Positions 62,949-64,000 of a stretch of DNA of 64,000 nucleotides are shown here, one piece after another. The notes beneath the pieces were generated by a model that had not been told where the DNA came from, did no database searches, and worked only from the letters and a program-made list of their open reading frames with translations. The position numbers were made by a program, and so were the translations under genes. The stretch is from an uncultured delta proteobacterium (GTDB lineage Bacteria; Myxococcota; Myxococcia; Myxococcales; Anaeromyxobacteraceae): NCBI GenBank assembly GCA_963845515.1, contig CAWJSR010000006.1:32001-96000 (forward strand). The letters run 5' to 3'. Position 1 is the stretch's first letter. Every line of letters starts with the position of its first letter.

Positions 62949-63881
62949 ATGCGTCGGCTCGTAGCCCTGACAATCCTCATGCTTGCGAGCGCGGCCGGTG
63001 CGGCGCCCAGGACCAAGGTCGCGGTCATGGACGTCAAGAACGTCCAGGGGGTGCCCGAGGGGACGGCGGCCATCCTCACCGACATCGTCGTGAGCGAGGT
63101 CGCGCGCTACGGCGCGGACGTGATCTCCAAGTCGGACATCGCGGCGATCGTGGGGTTCGAGAAGCAGAAGGCGCTGATGGGCTGCTCCGACGACTCCTCG
63201 TGCCTCGCCGAGATCGGCGGAGCGCTCGGCGTCGACTTCATGCTGACCGGTCAGGTCGGCCAGATCGGCTCGCGCTTCCGGATCTCGCTCATCCTCGTCG
63301 ACGTGAAGAAGGGGAAGGTGGCTGGACGCGCAGCCGACTTCTGCGACCGGAACGAGGACGCGCTCGCGAACGCCGCCATCACGCGCGTGCGGGAGATCGT
63401 CGCCATCATCCAGGCGGCCACCGCCGCGGACAGGGCGAAGGTCGCCGCCGCCACGAAGCCGCCGCCGGGTCTCGCAGCGGCGCCGCCGCCGCCCGAGCCG
63501 GAGGCGGTGCCGCTGCCGCCGCAGCCCGACGAGCCGTCGAGGCCGTCCACGCCATGGAGCCGCAAGAAGATCCTCGGGGTCTCGCTGACCGGCAGCGGCG
63601 GGCTGATGCTGGTCGGCGGCGCCTTCATGGGGCTGAAGGCGAAGCGGCTGGACCGCGACCTGGAGGCCGCCTCGAACGACCTCGGCTTCTACTACGACTA
63701 CCCGGCGCAGCGGGACAAGGTGAAGCGGACCGCGCTGATCGCCGACGTCCTCTACGGACTCGGCGCCGCCACGGCGGGGGCGGGCGTCTTCTTCTGGCTG
63801 ACCGACAAGCCGGCGCAGGTGGTCGTGGTGCCGGCGCTCGGTGACGGGCAGGCCGGCGTCGTCGCGATGGGCCGTTTCTAG
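62949..63881 (+). CDS. Exported hypothetical protein (TolB-N/CsgG-like N-domain, Pro linker, hydrophobic C-terminus)
   Basis: Signal peptide; GC.DD.SCLAEIGGALGVD; C-terminal GVVAMGRF. Confidence 0.7.
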   Translation: MRRLVALTILMLASAAGAAPRTKVAVMDVKNVQGVPEGTAAILTDIVVSEVARYGADVISKSDIAAIVGFEKQKALMGCSDDSSCLAEIGGALGVDFMLTGQVGQIGSRFRISLILVDVKKGKVAGRAADFCDRNEDALANAAITRVREIVAIIQAATAADRAKVAAATKPPPGLAAAPPPPEPEAVPLPPQPDEPSRPSTPWSRKKILGVSLTGSGGLMLVGGAFMGLKAKRLDRDLEAASNDLGFYYDYPAQRDKVKRTALIADVLYGLGAATAGAGVFFWLTDKPAQVVVVPALGDGQAGVVAMGRF

Positions 63882-63892
63882 GAGAGGGCACC

Positions 63893-64000
63893 ATGACCAG
63901 GAACTTCCGAAGCCTCGCCGTCGCCGCCATCGTCCTCTCAGCAGGCTGCAGCGCGGTGGTCGATCCCGAGAAGAACGATCCGCTCAAGACCGCCGAGGGG
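63893..64000 (+). CDS. Lipoprotein, partial (runs off window)
   Basis: GGAG RBS; LSAGC lipobox. Confidence 0.6.
   Translation, partial: MTRNFRSLAVAAIVLSAGCSAVVDPEKNDPLKTAEG

Overview
High-GC bacterial chromosome segment. The gene repertoire (PFOR, Geobacter-type multiheme cytochrome, Hanks kinase, zf-HC2/ECF pairs, DUF222-like HNH gene) suggests Anaeromyxobacter-like Myxococcota; this is inference. Housekeeping blocks: aroE-aroC-aroK-aroB-aroQ, msrBA, aspA-like lyase, recQ, an RluA-family gene, hflX, proB-proA-rsfS, nifJ, rlmH. Accessory blocks: (i) a ~5 kb patchwork at 7.3-12.45 kb with an orphan Rhs C-terminal toxin plus a tandem-HTH gene, a serine resolvase, a complete IS4/IS50-like element with a 9-bp target duplication, and a Y1-HUH (RAYT-like) transposase bracketed by inverted, stuttered end repeats; (ii) tctBAC convergent with a fluoroacetate-dehalogenase-type hydrolase; (iii) an ECF/anti-sigma/Spy-like/MacAB-TolC module with two matching promoter-like boxes; (iv) an HNH gene enclosed by ~80-bp imperfect inverted repeats beside a truncated DUF4160-DUF2442 module; (v) a 13-heme lipoprotein cytochrome. 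A structured intergenic sRNA candidate lies between recQ and aspA. About a dozen single-base frameshifts in otherwise intact genes look like long-read sequencing errors. All family calls come from motif recognition by eye, not database searches.
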